Source: a virus (lineage: Duplodnaviria > Caudoviricetes). Taken from it: 59,328 bases of DNA. Location of the stretch: the IMG/VR virus record IMGVR_UViG_3300010052_000181, positions 1 to 59,328 of that record, one strand, 5' to 3'. Both the position numbers and the translations under genes were made by a program. Below the pieces are notes generated by a model, which was not told the origin of the DNA, searched no databases, and saw only the letters and a list, made by a program, of their open reading frames with translations. Positions 7,515 through 17,820 of this stretch are shown piece after piece. Each line of letters opens with the position of its first letter. Position 1 is the stretch's first letter.

Positions 7515-8585
7515 CTAGCGGAACGATGCGAGGATGCGGGTGCCGCGGAAAATGGCTGTACAATCCATCGTAACGGTCCGGTTGGTTTCGTCGGCTGTCA
7601 ATTCGGCCGATCCGCAGACCATGTTGTGATTGGAGTTGATCGCCACATCGTCATCCAGCGTCGCGCCTGCTGTGTAGGAGTAGGATTGGAATGCCGTGCC
7701 GTTCAGAGCCATCTGGCAATCGAACAGCAACCCGCCGTCGAGAACATCGGCGGTCAGGCTCTTGGCGCCCCCAGCCGTCGACCAGCCGCCAACAGCAGTG
7801 TCGACCGGAGTCAACGACTGGAGGCCAAGGACCTTATAGGTTCCGCAGCTCTTCAACTGGAGCGCTGCCGAGCTGTTCAGCGTGATGACAACGTCGCCCG
7901 TTGTTCCGGTGTCTACCTGGGCCGCGACGAGCGCGACATGCAGGTAGTAGCTACCTCCCATCGAGAAGGCGTACTGGTGAAGCACTAGGCCTGTATTGCC
8001 GCCGAAGGTCGCGCCCGTCACAGTTTTGCTGGATGTGGCGTAGAACACGACCACCGCGAAGACATATCGACCGGCGATGGCGCTGCCGAAATCGCAAGCC
8101 GTGAAGGTATGCGTCGCGGACGTGCTGTTGCCCGAGGACTTGCTGCCCCGATATTCGCGAGTGGCGATCGATTCCGCAGTGATTGTCGGCGCATAGTCGG
8201 TCAGGACCATGCCATCGTAAGTGAGCAGCGTCGCCCCTGCATCCGATGGCAGCGCGTTGAACCCGGACGAGAAGCCTTTCGAGAAACCGTAACCCGAGAT
8301 AGCGAAGTCGCGCCAATCCACCAGATCGGGGGGAACGGAAATGTTTACGCCGGTCAGGATGGTGGGCGCATAGTCCGTCCATGTAGCGAGATCGCCGGCA
8401 ATGCCGGTATCAGGCGTTGCAGTGATCTCCGGCGCGAAGTCTGCCCAGGTCATCGCATCGACAGGCACGCGCACGGTCAGCGCGAACGGCCATATCCGCT
8501 CCGAGCCGTAGTAGACTGCTGTGACTTCGCTCGACCCGTAATAGATCGCGTCGACCGAAAGACTGCCGACGCGGATGTCAGACAT
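7515..8585 (-). CDS. Tail fibre-like structural protein
   Basis: Start MSDIRVG; repeated T[DW]..AP.I motifs; beta-rich C-terminal domain. Confidence 0.65.
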   Translation of the reverse strand: MSDIRVGSLSVDAIYYGSSEVTAVYYGSERIWPFALTVRVPVDAMTWADFAPEITATPDTGIAGDLATWTDYAPTILTGVNISVPPDLVDWRDFAISGYGFSKGFSSGFNALPSDAGATLLTYDGMVLTDYAPTITAESIATREYRGSKSSGNSTSATHTFTACDFGSAIAGRYVFAVVVFYATSSKTVTGATFGGNTGLVLHQYAFSMGGSYYLHVALVAAQVDTGTTGDVVITLNSSAALQLKSCGTYKVLGLQSLTPVDTAVGGWSTAGGAKSLTADVLDGGLLFDCQMALNGTAFQSYSYTAGATLDDDVAINSNHNMVCGSAELTADETNRTVTMDCTAIFRGTRILASFR

Positions 8586-8952
8586 CTTCGACGATGTAAT
8601 AGAGGACGCCGGGTGTCGGCGGATCGAGCGCGTCAAACTCCGCTTGGCTCAGCATGACCATGGGATAGGCGATTGCGTCGCTCTCGCCAGCGAGGCCGAT
8701 CGCGACGTACCGCCATTGTTTCGTCGCGTCGCCCAGCGTCGCCGTGATCCGGTAGGCCCCGCCGGGCGCATGGAAGAAGAAATACCCCTCGCTGTCGGCC
8801 GTGAACGGATTGCTCTTCGGCGTTGCGCCGGCCCGGTCGGAATAGACCGTAACCAGCGAACCCGACGATTCCAGCCGCACCTCGATCGAGGCTGAGGGAA
8901 GCACGTTGCCGGCAGTATCAACCGCCGTCGCCTGAAAGCGCGCTAAAGCCAT
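8578..8952 (-). CDS. Tail fibre adaptor-like protein
   Basis: NPFTADSEGYFFF beta-sandwich and LSQAEFDAL...GVLYYI fibre-junction motif. Confidence 0.6.
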   Translation of the reverse strand: MALARFQATAVDTAGNVLPSASIEVRLESSGSLVTVYSDRAGATPKSNPFTADSEGYFFFHAPGGAYRITATLGDATKQWRYVAIGLAGESDAIAYPMVMLSQAEFDALDPPTPGVLYYIVEDV

Positions 8953-8964
8953 CGGTCAATCCTG

Positions 8965-11247
8965 TCAGTTGATTTGTGGGCCGCGCCGGTCGGGCGAGGC
9001 GCTGACCAGCGTCACATAGCTGACGCCGTCGATGGCCGCCCCGGCTGCCGCACCGTTTCCCGGCGTCCCAAAACCCTGTTTAGAGCCGTTCTGACCAGAC
9101 AAGCCAGGCCCACCGCCATTGCCGCCATTTGACGTCCCGACACCGTCGCCACCGTTGCCGCCGGCTTCTGTGGTGCCAGGATCGCTGTAGCCGCCATAGT
9201 CGCCGTTGCTCGCCCCGTTGCCGGGATCAAAACCAGCGCCGCCGCCGCCGCCGCCGCCAGCATCCTTGCCCACCGCCAGACCGTAGCCGCCGCCGCCGCC
9301 GCCGCCGCCGCCGAAGATTTCACCTTCGGGATCGCCGGCATCAAGCTTCTCAATGGTGATGGCGCGGCGGGTGTAGAGCGCCGGGCCGCCAACGAAGCCA
9401 TTCTGACCAGTTCCTGCACCGCCCTTGCCGCCCTTGCCCTGGATGCGGCCGCGCACGATCAGGTGGACGTTTACCCCGGCCGGCCACGATCCGATGTTAA
9501 AGGCCGGCTGCGATGTGCTCGTCGATCCGATCTTCACCCCGGTCTCGACGATGAAATATACATCGTCGCCGCTTTCTGGCGTTGGATAGAAGAGATCGAA
9601 CACCGTGCGGGCGTTCACATTGTAGGTGTCGATATCGAAGATGACGGTCGGATCGCCGTCGTCGACGAAGGTGAAGTCGAACTCCTCGAGCTCGGTTGGC
9701 ATCTGCGCGGACTGCGGGTCTATCCTGACCACTTGCGCGGGCACTTGTACGCGCTCGCCGGTGGCGTCCTGCAGTGTTCGCCATGACATCTTGTAGCCGA
9801 TGCCAGGCGACGGCGTGACAGGCCCGCCACGACTGGCCGTCAGCTTGAACCGGCGCGGCGGCCGACCGAACCGCCCCACCAATATCTCGCCGATCCGCTC
9901 GGCAATTGCCCGGCCGCCGAGCGGGATCCATCGCGAATAGATTTTCTCGATTGCCGGCGATCCGTAGTCGCTTTCCAGTTCCAGGTTCGCCACCACCGAG
10001 CAGGATCGATAGTTGTCGGTATCGTCGACACCCTTGAGTGGGTTGATCTGCGCGAAATAGGTCCACACCTGCGAAAGCCGCTTCGTCGGCTGGTCGCTGA
10101 TCGACAGGCTGTCGGCAACGATCACGTTCTCGTCGAAGACTGCCGCGTCCGTGTCAATCTGGCGTAGCACCTTCAGCCTGATCAGCCGGGCGATATCATC
10201 CCACCAAAGCGAAAGCGCGCCCTGCCTGATCAGCTCCTTGACCAGCTTCTCGACCGATGTCGGCTCCGCGATCACCGTCGTGTAGAGCGTGCGCAGGAAG
10301 GTGGTCGTCTCTGCCTTCCACCCGACGAGGTCAATGTAGCTGTCCGGCATCGCCGCGTAATTGACCATCAGGTCTTCCAGAACGTCGGCGATATCCGCGC
10401 TGGCGTACCGAATGCAGATTTGCACGCGATCTGAGGCGCTGTGCGCAACGGCCGTCGTGTTGAACTGGCCGCGCGTCAGCGTCAGCGAATTGCCCGACCG
10501 GGTGAAGGCGCAAATCTCCGAACCGCCGATCGCCACATAACCCGATGACGGGTATTCGAGGTTGCCGATGCCGGACGGCGAAAGCGTCGCGCTTGTCGTG
10601 CTGTTGTTGATGTCGCTGGCAAGGAATCCGTTCGACATCTTCGGCGCCTGCGCGCGGTCGCCGTCCAGAAGCTTCAGGACATCCTTGGCGACAATCGCAT
10701 ACTTGCCGTCCCGGCCCGGCCCGTCGATGCTCTCCACGACATAGTGCCGGGTTTCCATGTCCGCCAGCGCCTGGCCGAGAAAGCCGCGGATGACGCGGAA
10801 GGCTCGACCCCTGAGCGATGGGTGTCGAGCCCGGAACTTCCCCCAGAATGTGCCGACCCGGTACGGATCATACCCGCGATCGGCGAGATACTTGTCGAAG
10901 CCCGGCCCTGTGTCCGACCATGGAAAATCTGCCATCGTGACGCGCAGCGACGACCGAGTTCCGAGATCCTCGCCAAGCGAAATCGTGCCCGGCGTGAATG
11001 CTATCGCCTCGATGCAGGCGATGGCCTCAATCCCGCTCTCGGCCAGGTAGGCGGTGCCCTCGGCGAAGCGCAATGTCACGGTGCTCGTCGCAAAGTTGGT
11101 GCGATCCTGGCAGGTGCCCTTGCTGTTGAAGCACTTGATCGTCCCCGTCGGGCTTCCACCCTCCAGCGTCGCCGTGCAGGGCGACACGCCATAGCTGAGC
11201 GAGCAATACTCGATGTCGAGCTCGATGAACGTCAGCGCCTTGCTCAC
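8965..11247 (-). CDS. Tail tip / central fibre (hub) protein with Gly-rich C-terminus
   Basis: 760 aa, second gene after tape measure; N-terminal Cys cluster; polyglycine tail. Confidence 0.75.
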   Translation of the reverse strand: MSKALTFIELDIEYCSLSYGVSPCTATLEGGSPTGTIKCFNSKGTCQDRTNFATSTVTLRFAEGTAYLAESGIEAIACIEAIAFTPGTISLGEDLGTRSSLRVTMADFPWSDTGPGFDKYLADRGYDPYRVGTFWGKFRARHPSLRGRAFRVIRGFLGQALADMETRHYVVESIDGPGRDGKYAIVAKDVLKLLDGDRAQAPKMSNGFLASDINNSTTSATLSPSGIGNLEYPSSGYVAIGGSEICAFTRSGNSLTLTRGQFNTTAVAHSASDRVQICIRYASADIADVLEDLMVNYAAMPDSYIDLVGWKAETTTFLRTLYTTVIAEPTSVEKLVKELIRQGALSLWWDDIARLIRLKVLRQIDTDAAVFDENVIVADSLSISDQPTKRLSQVWTYFAQINPLKGVDDTDNYRSCSVVANLELESDYGSPAIEKIYSRWIPLGGRAIAERIGEILVGRFGRPPRRFKLTASRGGPVTPSPGIGYKMSWRTLQDATGERVQVPAQVVRIDPQSAQMPTELEEFDFTFVDDGDPTVIFDIDTYNVNARTVFDLFYPTPESGDDVYFIVETGVKIGSTSTSQPAFNIGSWPAGVNVHLIVRGRIQGKGGKGGAGTGQNGFVGGPALYTRRAITIEKLDAGDPEGEIFGGGGGGGGGYGLAVGKDAGGGGGGGAGFDPGNGASNGDYGGYSDPGTTEAGGNGGDGVGTSNGGNGGGPGLSGQNGSKQGFGTPGNGAAAGAAIDGVSYVTLVSASPDRRGPQIN

Positions 11248-12053
11248 AGGGCGACAGCCTTCAGGTCGAGGCTGAAGTTTACCATGAGATTGTTCTGCAT
11301 CTCAGGGCGGATGTCGCTCTGGGTCCAGGCAAAGCCGACTTCATCGGGATAGGTCGCCGGCAGCCAGGCAAAGAAGAAAGGCTGCCGCAGCCGGGCGTGA
11401 GCGATGAATCCCGGCATGTTGGTATTCCACCAATCATAGTCGACCCACTGGACCGAAACAGACATCGACAGCGACTGGCGCATGACGATGGCGCCCAGAT
11501 AATCGCCAGCCTCCGATTCCGAAGAGACAACAGTGTCCGATGCGGCCCAGAGGAGCGGGACCAGGCCAGGCTGGACGCCGCGCTGCAGCCTCAAAAGCTT
11601 GCCGACATAAACCACCGCGATGCGCGGGATGACCGATCCAGGCTGTAGCTTGATCCTGATCTGGGATGGCTGCACGTCCTCGAAACGGATGACGATCGGC
11701 TGGTCGCCGGCCGGGATGAATTCCGCCGCGATCTCTTCCCAGCTATCGCCATCCCATGCCTCGACAGACACGGTGACCTGTCCCGACCCGAGGTTGTGCC
11801 TGGCGATGCCGACATAATCGATCTCGTCCGACCCGGTGAGCGTAAAGGTCAGGTATTGATCGTCGGTCGTTTCAGCCTGCCACCGAAGCGCGGTTGACGG
11901 GTTCGCCAGGTTGGTCGCCGGATAGCCGGACGCTTCCTCATCGGCCGCACTTCCGGCTGCCGTCACGAGATTGTGCCAGCCGATGAGCGGCGCATCCGGG
12001 CCGCCCTCGGTTGGCGTCGCAAGGACGAGCGCCTGTGAAATGACGACTGGCAT
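11244..12053 (-). CDS. Distal tail-like protein
   Basis: Directly downstream of tape measure. Confidence 0.6.
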   Translation of the reverse strand: MPVVISQALVLATPTEGGPDAPLIGWHNLVTAAGSAADEEASGYPATNLANPSTALRWQAETTDDQYLTFTLTGSDEIDYVGIARHNLGSGQVTVSVEAWDGDSWEEIAAEFIPAGDQPIVIRFEDVQPSQIRIKLQPGSVIPRIAVVYVGKLLRLQRGVQPGLVPLLWAASDTVVSSESEAGDYLGAIVMRQSLSMSVSVQWVDYDWWNTNMPGFIAHARLRQPFFFAWLPATYPDEVGFAWTQSDIRPEMQNNLMVNFSLDLKAVAL

Positions 12054-12054
12054 G

Positions 12055-14070
12055 TCAGACGGTCCTGATTACCAGCTTATGCCCGTCGGACACGGCTTCG
12101 TTGATCTGGGCAAGCAAATCTTCCACAGACTGCCGGCTGTAGACATCGCCGCTGAGGTTGATCGAAACGGCTTGCTGTGGTGCCGCATTCGCGCCGGCCG
12201 TGGCGCTTGCGCCGGCACCGCCACCCGACGCAGCGCCGCCGCCACCGCCCTTGCCGGTTGAACTGATCGCCGCGACCTGCGCAAAGCCATGCGCAGCCAC
12301 CGCTGCCGACTGGGCCCAGTTAAGCGGGAACGGCAGTTCCATAGCCTTCGCGATGCCGGTGTAGGTCGAAATCAGGGCCGACGCGATACCGAACGCCTTC
12401 GACGTAGCGAGCTGCTTTTCGCCTTGGCTTTCCAGGAGGCTTCCGACACTGGATAGAGCGGAGGCCACCGCATCGAACGATGCCAGACGGATGCGCTGCT
12501 CGGTCTCAAGACGCTGCCTTGCGATATCCAGCAAGCGATCCTCGTGTTCCTGTTTCGCCCGCTCGATCAGCTCGTAATAATCGGCGTCCTGGATCAGGTT
12601 GGCGTCGTAGAACTCCTGGATGTCGATGAGCTGGTTCGCATAGCTGTTGCGCGCCGTCTCTTCCTCGGTGAGCAAGGACGCCTGCAAGCTCTCCAGACGC
12701 TGCATCTGAGCGGCGGCGGCAGCCTCGGCTTGACGCGCGGCGGCTTCGGCAGCAGCCTGTCCCTGCCGTGCGAGCGCTTCCTGCTCGATCTCGTATTGCG
12801 ATTTCGTGGAGTTAGCTCGATCGTTCTGGACGTCGGCCTCATTCTGAAACACGCCGCCACCGCTAAAGACCGGCGGAATCGTCCCAAGCGGATTGCGGGA
12901 GTTGAAATCTTGGATGGCCAGATCGGAACGCAGCTTGACCGCGTTGGCGCTGGCCGTCGCGATCGATCCAGCCAGCGTGTCGAATTGACCGGCCAGCGCA
13001 GCGGTCGCCGGCGACGCGACCGAATTGAACAGGGCAGACAGCGCAGCGCTGACCCGATTGGCTTCCTCCACGCCGCCGTTTTGCTCTTTGACGGCCTTGT
13101 CGAGGTCAGCAAAGGCGCGCTGGAGCGTCACGATCTCGTTGTCCGACGCCCCCAGCATCTGCATGCGGGCAACAGTGTCGACGACCTCCGCATTGAGGGT
13201 TCGAACCTGCTCGGCCGCGTCGGCATAGGCCGCCTCCAGCCCGAGATCGGTCGCCTCCTTCATCTTGGTCTGGTCGGCCAACCTCTGGCGTTCGTCCGCG
13301 AAAGCTTTCAGCGCCGGGAGAGCATCGCCCCACGTGTTGGCGACCTCACGGATAAGCGCCGCTTCCTTTTCGAGCGTCTCTTCGCTTTTCTGCCCACCGG
13401 ACACGACGCTGCTGAAATACTGGATCGCAACCGCAGTGAGCGCGACAACGCCGATCGTCACGAGCGAAACCGGGCTGATAATGGACGTGAAAGCACCGGC
13501 CAGCGCGGCGCCCACGCCCTGACCGCTGGCTTTCAAACCCTCAAACACGGCAGAAAGCTGCGTGCCTTGCTGCAGCGCGATCTGGATAGGTGACATGCCC
13601 ATGGCTGAAGTGACGCCGATATCCTGAAACTGAGCGGCGATGTTGGCGGTATTGAAAGAGCCGGGGCGATTCGAATTCGCGGCAGCCTGCATGCGCTGCA
13701 CGTTGGTCAGGCGTTCGGTTTGGTCGATCTCTTGCTGTATTGCTGACGACGCAAGTTTATGGCGCTCGGCGGCCATGCCGAGGAGCTCTACGCGACGCTG
13801 TAGCGTGATCAAACCCTGCTGCTGCGCGGCGGCCAGGGTCCGCTCGACGCGCGCGAGCTCCATCTGCGAGCGATAGCCCTCATCGTATTTTCGCTGAATC
13901 GCACCAAGGCGGGTATCTAGGCTTTGTGTCGCCTTCTCTGCGCGCGTGCTGGAGACCGCAACCCCATCGATCGCCGTACCGAGCGCCTTGGCATCGTTGG
14001 CGGTCTCTTTCACGTTGACCGATCGCGCTTCGACCGTCAGCCGGCGAACCGCTTCCTGTACTGTCGCCAT
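12055..14070 (-). CDS. Tail tape measure protein
   Basis: NIAAQFQDIGV...GMSPIQIALQQGTQL motif; long Ala-rich helical protein. Confidence 0.92.
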   Translation of the reverse strand: MATVQEAVRRLTVEARSVNVKETANDAKALGTAIDGVAVSSTRAEKATQSLDTRLGAIQRKYDEGYRSQMELARVERTLAAAQQQGLITLQRRVELLGMAAERHKLASSAIQQEIDQTERLTNVQRMQAAANSNRPGSFNTANIAAQFQDIGVTSAMGMSPIQIALQQGTQLSAVFEGLKASGQGVGAALAGAFTSIISPVSLVTIGVVALTAVAIQYFSSVVSGGQKSEETLEKEAALIREVANTWGDALPALKAFADERQRLADQTKMKEATDLGLEAAYADAAEQVRTLNAEVVDTVARMQMLGASDNEIVTLQRAFADLDKAVKEQNGGVEEANRVSAALSALFNSVASPATAALAGQFDTLAGSIATASANAVKLRSDLAIQDFNSRNPLGTIPPVFSGGGVFQNEADVQNDRANSTKSQYEIEQEALARQGQAAAEAAARQAEAAAAAQMQRLESLQASLLTEEETARNSYANQLIDIQEFYDANLIQDADYYELIERAKQEHEDRLLDIARQRLETEQRIRLASFDAVASALSSVGSLLESQGEKQLATSKAFGIASALISTYTGIAKAMELPFPLNWAQSAAVAAHGFAQVAAISSTGKGGGGGAASGGGAGASATAGANAAPQQAVSINLSGDVYSRQSVEDLLAQINEAVSDGHKLVIRTV

Positions 14071-14127
14071 GGTTGCGCATTCTCCGGAGAAGGCGCTAAG
14101 GTTGCGCCCGTTTTGCGGGAGGCAGAT

Positions 14128-14550
14128 TTGAAACGAGTGGCTCTATGTGCCGTGGTTGCGCTCGTCGGCTGCGCGCCGAACTCGACCGAAACCCCAGCAG
14201 CTTCTGCGCCGCCAGCGCCCGTCGGCTATCGCGAGGCAGTGATCGCCGAAGTGAAGGCGACCTTCTTCGATCCCTACAGCATCCGCGACGCCACGATCTC
14301 GCGCCCACTCTATGCCGTCGCTATCTACAACGGTGGCAACGTTGTCCCGATTTCTGCGTGGATCGTCTGCGTCAAAGCGAACGCCAAGAACCGCATGGGC
14401 GGCTATGGCGGTCAGGAGTTCACCGCAATGGTGTTCGCCGGCAACACGATCACCACGACTCTTTCTGGGCCGTCATTCCAAGGTCAGGTAAACCAGCACT
14501 GCAAGCCGGCCCGGATGGAGCCGTTCCCCGAAATCGAGATGACCGGCTAA
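14128..14550 (+). CDS. Lipoprotein moron, antisense to tail operon
   Basis: TTG start with GGGAGG RBS; MKRVALCAVVALVGC lipobox. Confidence 0.8.
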   Translation: MKRVALCAVVALVGCAPNSTETPAASAPPAPVGYREAVIAEVKATFFDPYSIRDATISRPLYAVAIYNGGNVVPISAWIVCVKANAKNRMGGYGGQEFTAMVFAGNTITTTLSGPSFQGQVNQHCKPARMEPFPEIEMTG

Positions 14551-15185
14551 ACCCTGACCGTAATCGTCGGATAACGCAGCTTCGCCTTGTTCCCGGCTCG
14601 TCCACCGACCACACCGCCGCCAGCATACCCGCGATAGGTAAAACCAATCTTCGCCACATTCCCAAACCGTGCGCGGGCATCCTTGGCCGTGCGCTCATAG
14701 ATCCGGTTCGGAACCGAGATCAGGAAGTCCCGGCCACTCTTCGTCCGCGCGATCTCCAGCTTTCTGGCGTAGGGCTGCAAGTTGGCGAAACTGTACTCTT
14801 CTGCGATCGGCGGCGCCCCGATGACCGCCTGCGCACCATCGGCAAAAAACGTGTGGCTGTCGCGATATCGGCCTGACCGTCGCGGCGATCGCTCGATCAG
14901 CATCGTCATGATCCAGGCCAGCACTTCGCTGACCAATTCGAACTCAAAGACGATGACGCCACGTTCGGGATTGACGCTCTCCAACATCGCGCCCTTGCGG
15001 CCGTCGACAAACTGTTCGAACGGTGTGGTGCCGCCGACAGCCCTGCTGTTCTTGTCGAGCGCCTCGTCAAGCCGCCCTCTGGCAAACTCGGCAATGGCCT
15101 CCGACCGGGCCTCCGGCGCCAACAGTTCGCTGACGGTCACAGCAACCCAGCTATCAACCGGCTCGACCTTTACCCGCAGCGCCAT
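14547..15185 (-). CDS. Neck/tail completion-like protein (HK97 gp10-like)
   Basis: SPRRSGRYRDS and NLQPYARKLE motifs. Confidence 0.55.
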   Translation of the reverse strand: MALRVKVEPVDSWVAVTVSELLAPEARSEAIAEFARGRLDEALDKNSRAVGGTTPFEQFVDGRKGAMLESVNPERGVIVFEFELVSEVLAWIMTMLIERSPRRSGRYRDSHTFFADGAQAVIGAPPIAEEYSFANLQPYARKLEIARTKSGRDFLISVPNRIYERTAKDARARFGNVAKIGFTYRGYAGGGVVGGRAGNKAKLRYPTITVRV

Positions 15186-15579
15186 CGAGCGACTTCCTGA
15201 TCTCTTCGCCTTCGATCTCGGCCCGCAGCGTCGAAAGCCGCATCATCAACCGGACCTCCCACGGCTCGACGACTTCGCCGGTCATTTCCGACCAGGCTTT
15301 GACGTCGACCCATGCGATGATCGCCGGCCCCGAACCGCCTCCCGACGATCCGCCGAGAAGCTCGACAAACCAGTTCCAGAGATAGATCAGATCGGGCGGA
15401 CAGAACGATGCGCGGCCGGACTGCTGCTTCGCCTGCTTCTTCTTCGGCAGCCCGGCTCTGATGCGATCGGCTGCCTCGTTGTGCTGGCGTTCGGTGGAGC
15501 CGTCCGCCTTGACGCGGGCGGCCCGGAATTCCTGCTCGGCGAAGGCGATCAGTTCTTCGCAGAGCGCTTCATGAAATTT
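15154..15579 (-). CDS. Tail assembly chaperone T segment (expressed as G-T fusion by -1 frameshift)
   Basis: Open -1 frame after the slippery site; YLWNWF.EL, I.W.DVKAW, PWEV motifs. Confidence 0.75.
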   Translation of the reverse strand, partial: KFHEALCEELIAFAEQEFRAARVKADGSTERQHNEAADRIRAGLPKKKQAKQQSGRASFCPPDLIYLWNWFVELLGGSSGGGSGPAIIAWVDVKAWSEMTGEVVEPWEVRLMMRLSTLRAEIEGEEIRKSLDGAAGKGRAG

Positions 15580-15977
15580 GCGGGATTGGTCGCTCCGACC
15601 CAGACCTGGCTGAACAGCCATGACATGCCGGGCTCGGAATAAAGCTCAAGCGCATTGTCGGCATTGCAGGGGACGTCGATCACGGCGCCGGTGGCCGGAT
15701 CGACCAGGTGCCACGCCTTGGTCAGCTTGGCGGCCTTGGCGAAGTTCGCCTCGAGCTGGTCGGGGAGATCGGCCGAACGGCCTTTGATCGCCTTCTCGGT
15801 CACCTTCTTGCGCTCGGTGGCATCGAAGGCCCGGCCGGGAGCGCTGTCGGTGGAGAACACGTCGATATATGCGGGCTTGCCCTGCTTGTCCTTGATCGGC
15901 TCGTCGGTGAGCGGGTCGAGAAGCTCGACGCGATAGGGCGTGGCGACATCGGCCGCCAGTGCGGAAAACTTGCTCAT
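15549..15977 (-). CDS. Tail assembly chaperone G
   Basis: Between tail tube and tape measure; ends ANFMKRSAKN. Confidence 0.8.
   Translation of the reverse strand: MSKFSALAADVATPYRVELLDPLTDEPIKDKQGKPAYIDVFSTDSAPGRAFDATERKKVTEKAIKGRSADLPDQLEANFAKAAKLTKAWHLVDPATGAVIDVPCNADNALELYSEPGMSWLFSQVWVGATNPANFMKRSAKN
15573..15579 (-). other. Programmed -1 frameshift heptamer A AAT TTC
   Basis: X XXY YYZ in correct phase (GCA AAT TTC); -1 frame reads KFHEALCEELIAF. Confidence 0.8.
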
Positions 15978-16090
15978 GGGATTGTCCTTGTCGGAGGATT
16001 TCGGTGGACGGCACCGACATGCCGCCCACCTGTTCGCGAACATCCGGCCAGGGACCCCCAACCGGATTTCTAGCCGCCTGTCGGGGCGGA

Positions 16091-17341
16091 TCAGGTAACA
16101 GCGGTGTCGAAAATCTGGAGCGTGGTCTGCTCGATGCCCGCGCCGGCCCCCTCATATTTCAGCGCCTGGAACGGAAGCGTGATCGATTGCCCGCCTTCGC
16201 CAGCCGTTTGGAGATCAGCGCCGCCGAGCTTGATGCGAGGCAAGTAGAACGTCATGGCCTCCGCCGCGGCAGCGTTGCTGGCCGTGAGGTAGGCGAGGAA
16301 TTCGATCTCGCTCTCGTTGATGAAATCGTTGATCAGGTCCGGGTTCTCAAAGAACGCCGTCATCTGGCCTGTGACGTTGGCGCGACCGAGGAAAATTTCG
16401 GGCACCAGGTTGGACCCGACAACCGGCTCAGCGGACGGCGACAGGTCCATCTGGATGTTCGCCGCGGTGACCACGGCCACAGTGTCGCCCCCGATGCGCA
16501 GAAGCCCGTTAACCGCAGCGAGAAGACCCGTTGTCGTGGCCGCAGTGGGCGACGTGAAGAATGGCGCGGAGCTGTCTTCGTAGATCGCCATATTGCGGCC
16601 GAGCATACCGAACTCGATCGTCGACATCCCGGAGGCGGGAAGCTGAGCGTTGAAGCTGCCGACGCGGCATTCCGTGAACAGCCGGGCGATGTCGACATCC
16701 TCGTTCCAGATTTCGATGGCCACCTTGCGGCTGACATGGCTGGAGGCCGGGACGATGAGTTGGCGGCCGACCGTGGCAACGGTGAATGCGGAATCCGCGG
16801 TCATCGTATCGGGCGCCGGATAGACGGTCACCTCGCGATTGGACGTGCCGCCGAAGGCCAAAATCAGGAAGTTCTTCGAGTTGTTGTCGGCGTCGGACAG
16901 GTTCGCGAAGCGCATGATCATGCCTACGCGGAAGCCTTCGGTGACGGGATTGCCGCCAGTGAAGGTGAACTTCGACGTCGGATTATCGGCGGCGACCGAT
17001 GTGAATTCGGTGTTGCTCTTCGAAATCGCCGACGCGGACCAGGTGCCGCGAAACGCCGCTTCGAAGAAGTCGGCATAGGTCAGCGGGGAGAGTTCGCCTG
17101 AGATATTGCCCGGCACCCGGCGGACGCCGTGGCGGTAGTCGGCGATCTGGCGATCGGAGCGGATTTCCGCCGACTGGTAGGTGTCCTTGGACAACGCCAG
17201 CGTCGACCCGACACGCCGCAGAATCTGCGCGCCCGATGCGCCGGGATCGGTGCCGGCGGCCGGTTCGACGCCGGGAATGATCGCGGCGTCGGTGTAGAAT
17301 TTATAGGCAATGCGTGCGGCCACGCCTTCAGCGAGCGACAT
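16091..17341 (-). CDS. Major tail tube protein
   Basis: SAEIRSDRQ..D.RHG...GNISGELS motif; position; GGAG RBS. Confidence 0.85.
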   Translation of the reverse strand: MSLAEGVAARIAYKFYTDAAIIPGVEPAAGTDPGASGAQILRRVGSTLALSKDTYQSAEIRSDRQIADYRHGVRRVPGNISGELSPLTYADFFEAAFRGTWSASAISKSNTEFTSVAADNPTSKFTFTGGNPVTEGFRVGMIMRFANLSDADNNSKNFLILAFGGTSNREVTVYPAPDTMTADSAFTVATVGRQLIVPASSHVSRKVAIEIWNEDVDIARLFTECRVGSFNAQLPASGMSTIEFGMLGRNMAIYEDSSAPFFTSPTAATTTGLLAAVNGLLRIGGDTVAVVTAANIQMDLSPSAEPVVGSNLVPEIFLGRANVTGQMTAFFENPDLINDFINESEIEFLAYLTASNAAAAEAMTFYLPRIKLGGADLQTAGEGGQSITLPFQALKYEGAGAGIEQTTLQIFDTAVT

Positions 17342-17373
17342 GGTGGTTCTCCATCAAAGTTGGGAAGGCGCGA

Positions 17374-17820
17374 TCAGCCGATCTGATCGAAGTGCAGGCT
17401 GACTTCCACGCCAGCCCAGAAATAATTGCCGACCTCCGACGATAGGCCGGGAGGGGTCAGCGCTGCCCCGTCACCGCCCGGATAAACCGTGGCGTCGAAG
17501 CACGAGATATGCTCGTCGCGGTAGGACCGGAACAGCGCGGCGATCTGCTCGGCGATGGTTTCCGCCTGGTCTAGCCCGACGCCCTTGGGCACGAAGACAT
17601 AGGCCTCGATGCGGGCCGGGTTGCGATACAAGTTTCCGCCTCTGCCACCACCAAAGCCGGCGATCGAGCCGCGCTCGGTGTTGAACTCGACATAGGCGAA
17701 CGGCGTTGGCACGTCCGGCAGAGGGCCGCCGTCCTCATTCTGCCACCGCAGCGGGATCGACGTGATGTTGGCCTCCAGCCGCGACCGGACGACCGCGCGG
17801 GCGTCAGAGACAGTCGTCAT
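17374..17820 (-). CDS. Tail terminator-like protein
   Basis: Upstream of tail tube; WQNE...P...VFVPKG.G...A pattern. Confidence 0.65.
   Translation of the reverse strand: MTTVSDARAVVRSRLEANITSIPLRWQNEDGGPLPDVPTPFAYVEFNTERGSIAGFGGGRGGNLYRNPARIEAYVFVPKGVGLDQAETIAEQIAALFRSYRDEHISCFDATVYPGGDGAALTPPGLSSEVGNYFWAGVEVSLHFDQIG

Noticed and set aside
9238-9313. GCC trinucleotide runs as a contingency locus
   Set aside because: Encode polyglycine in the tail tip protein; in-frame and common
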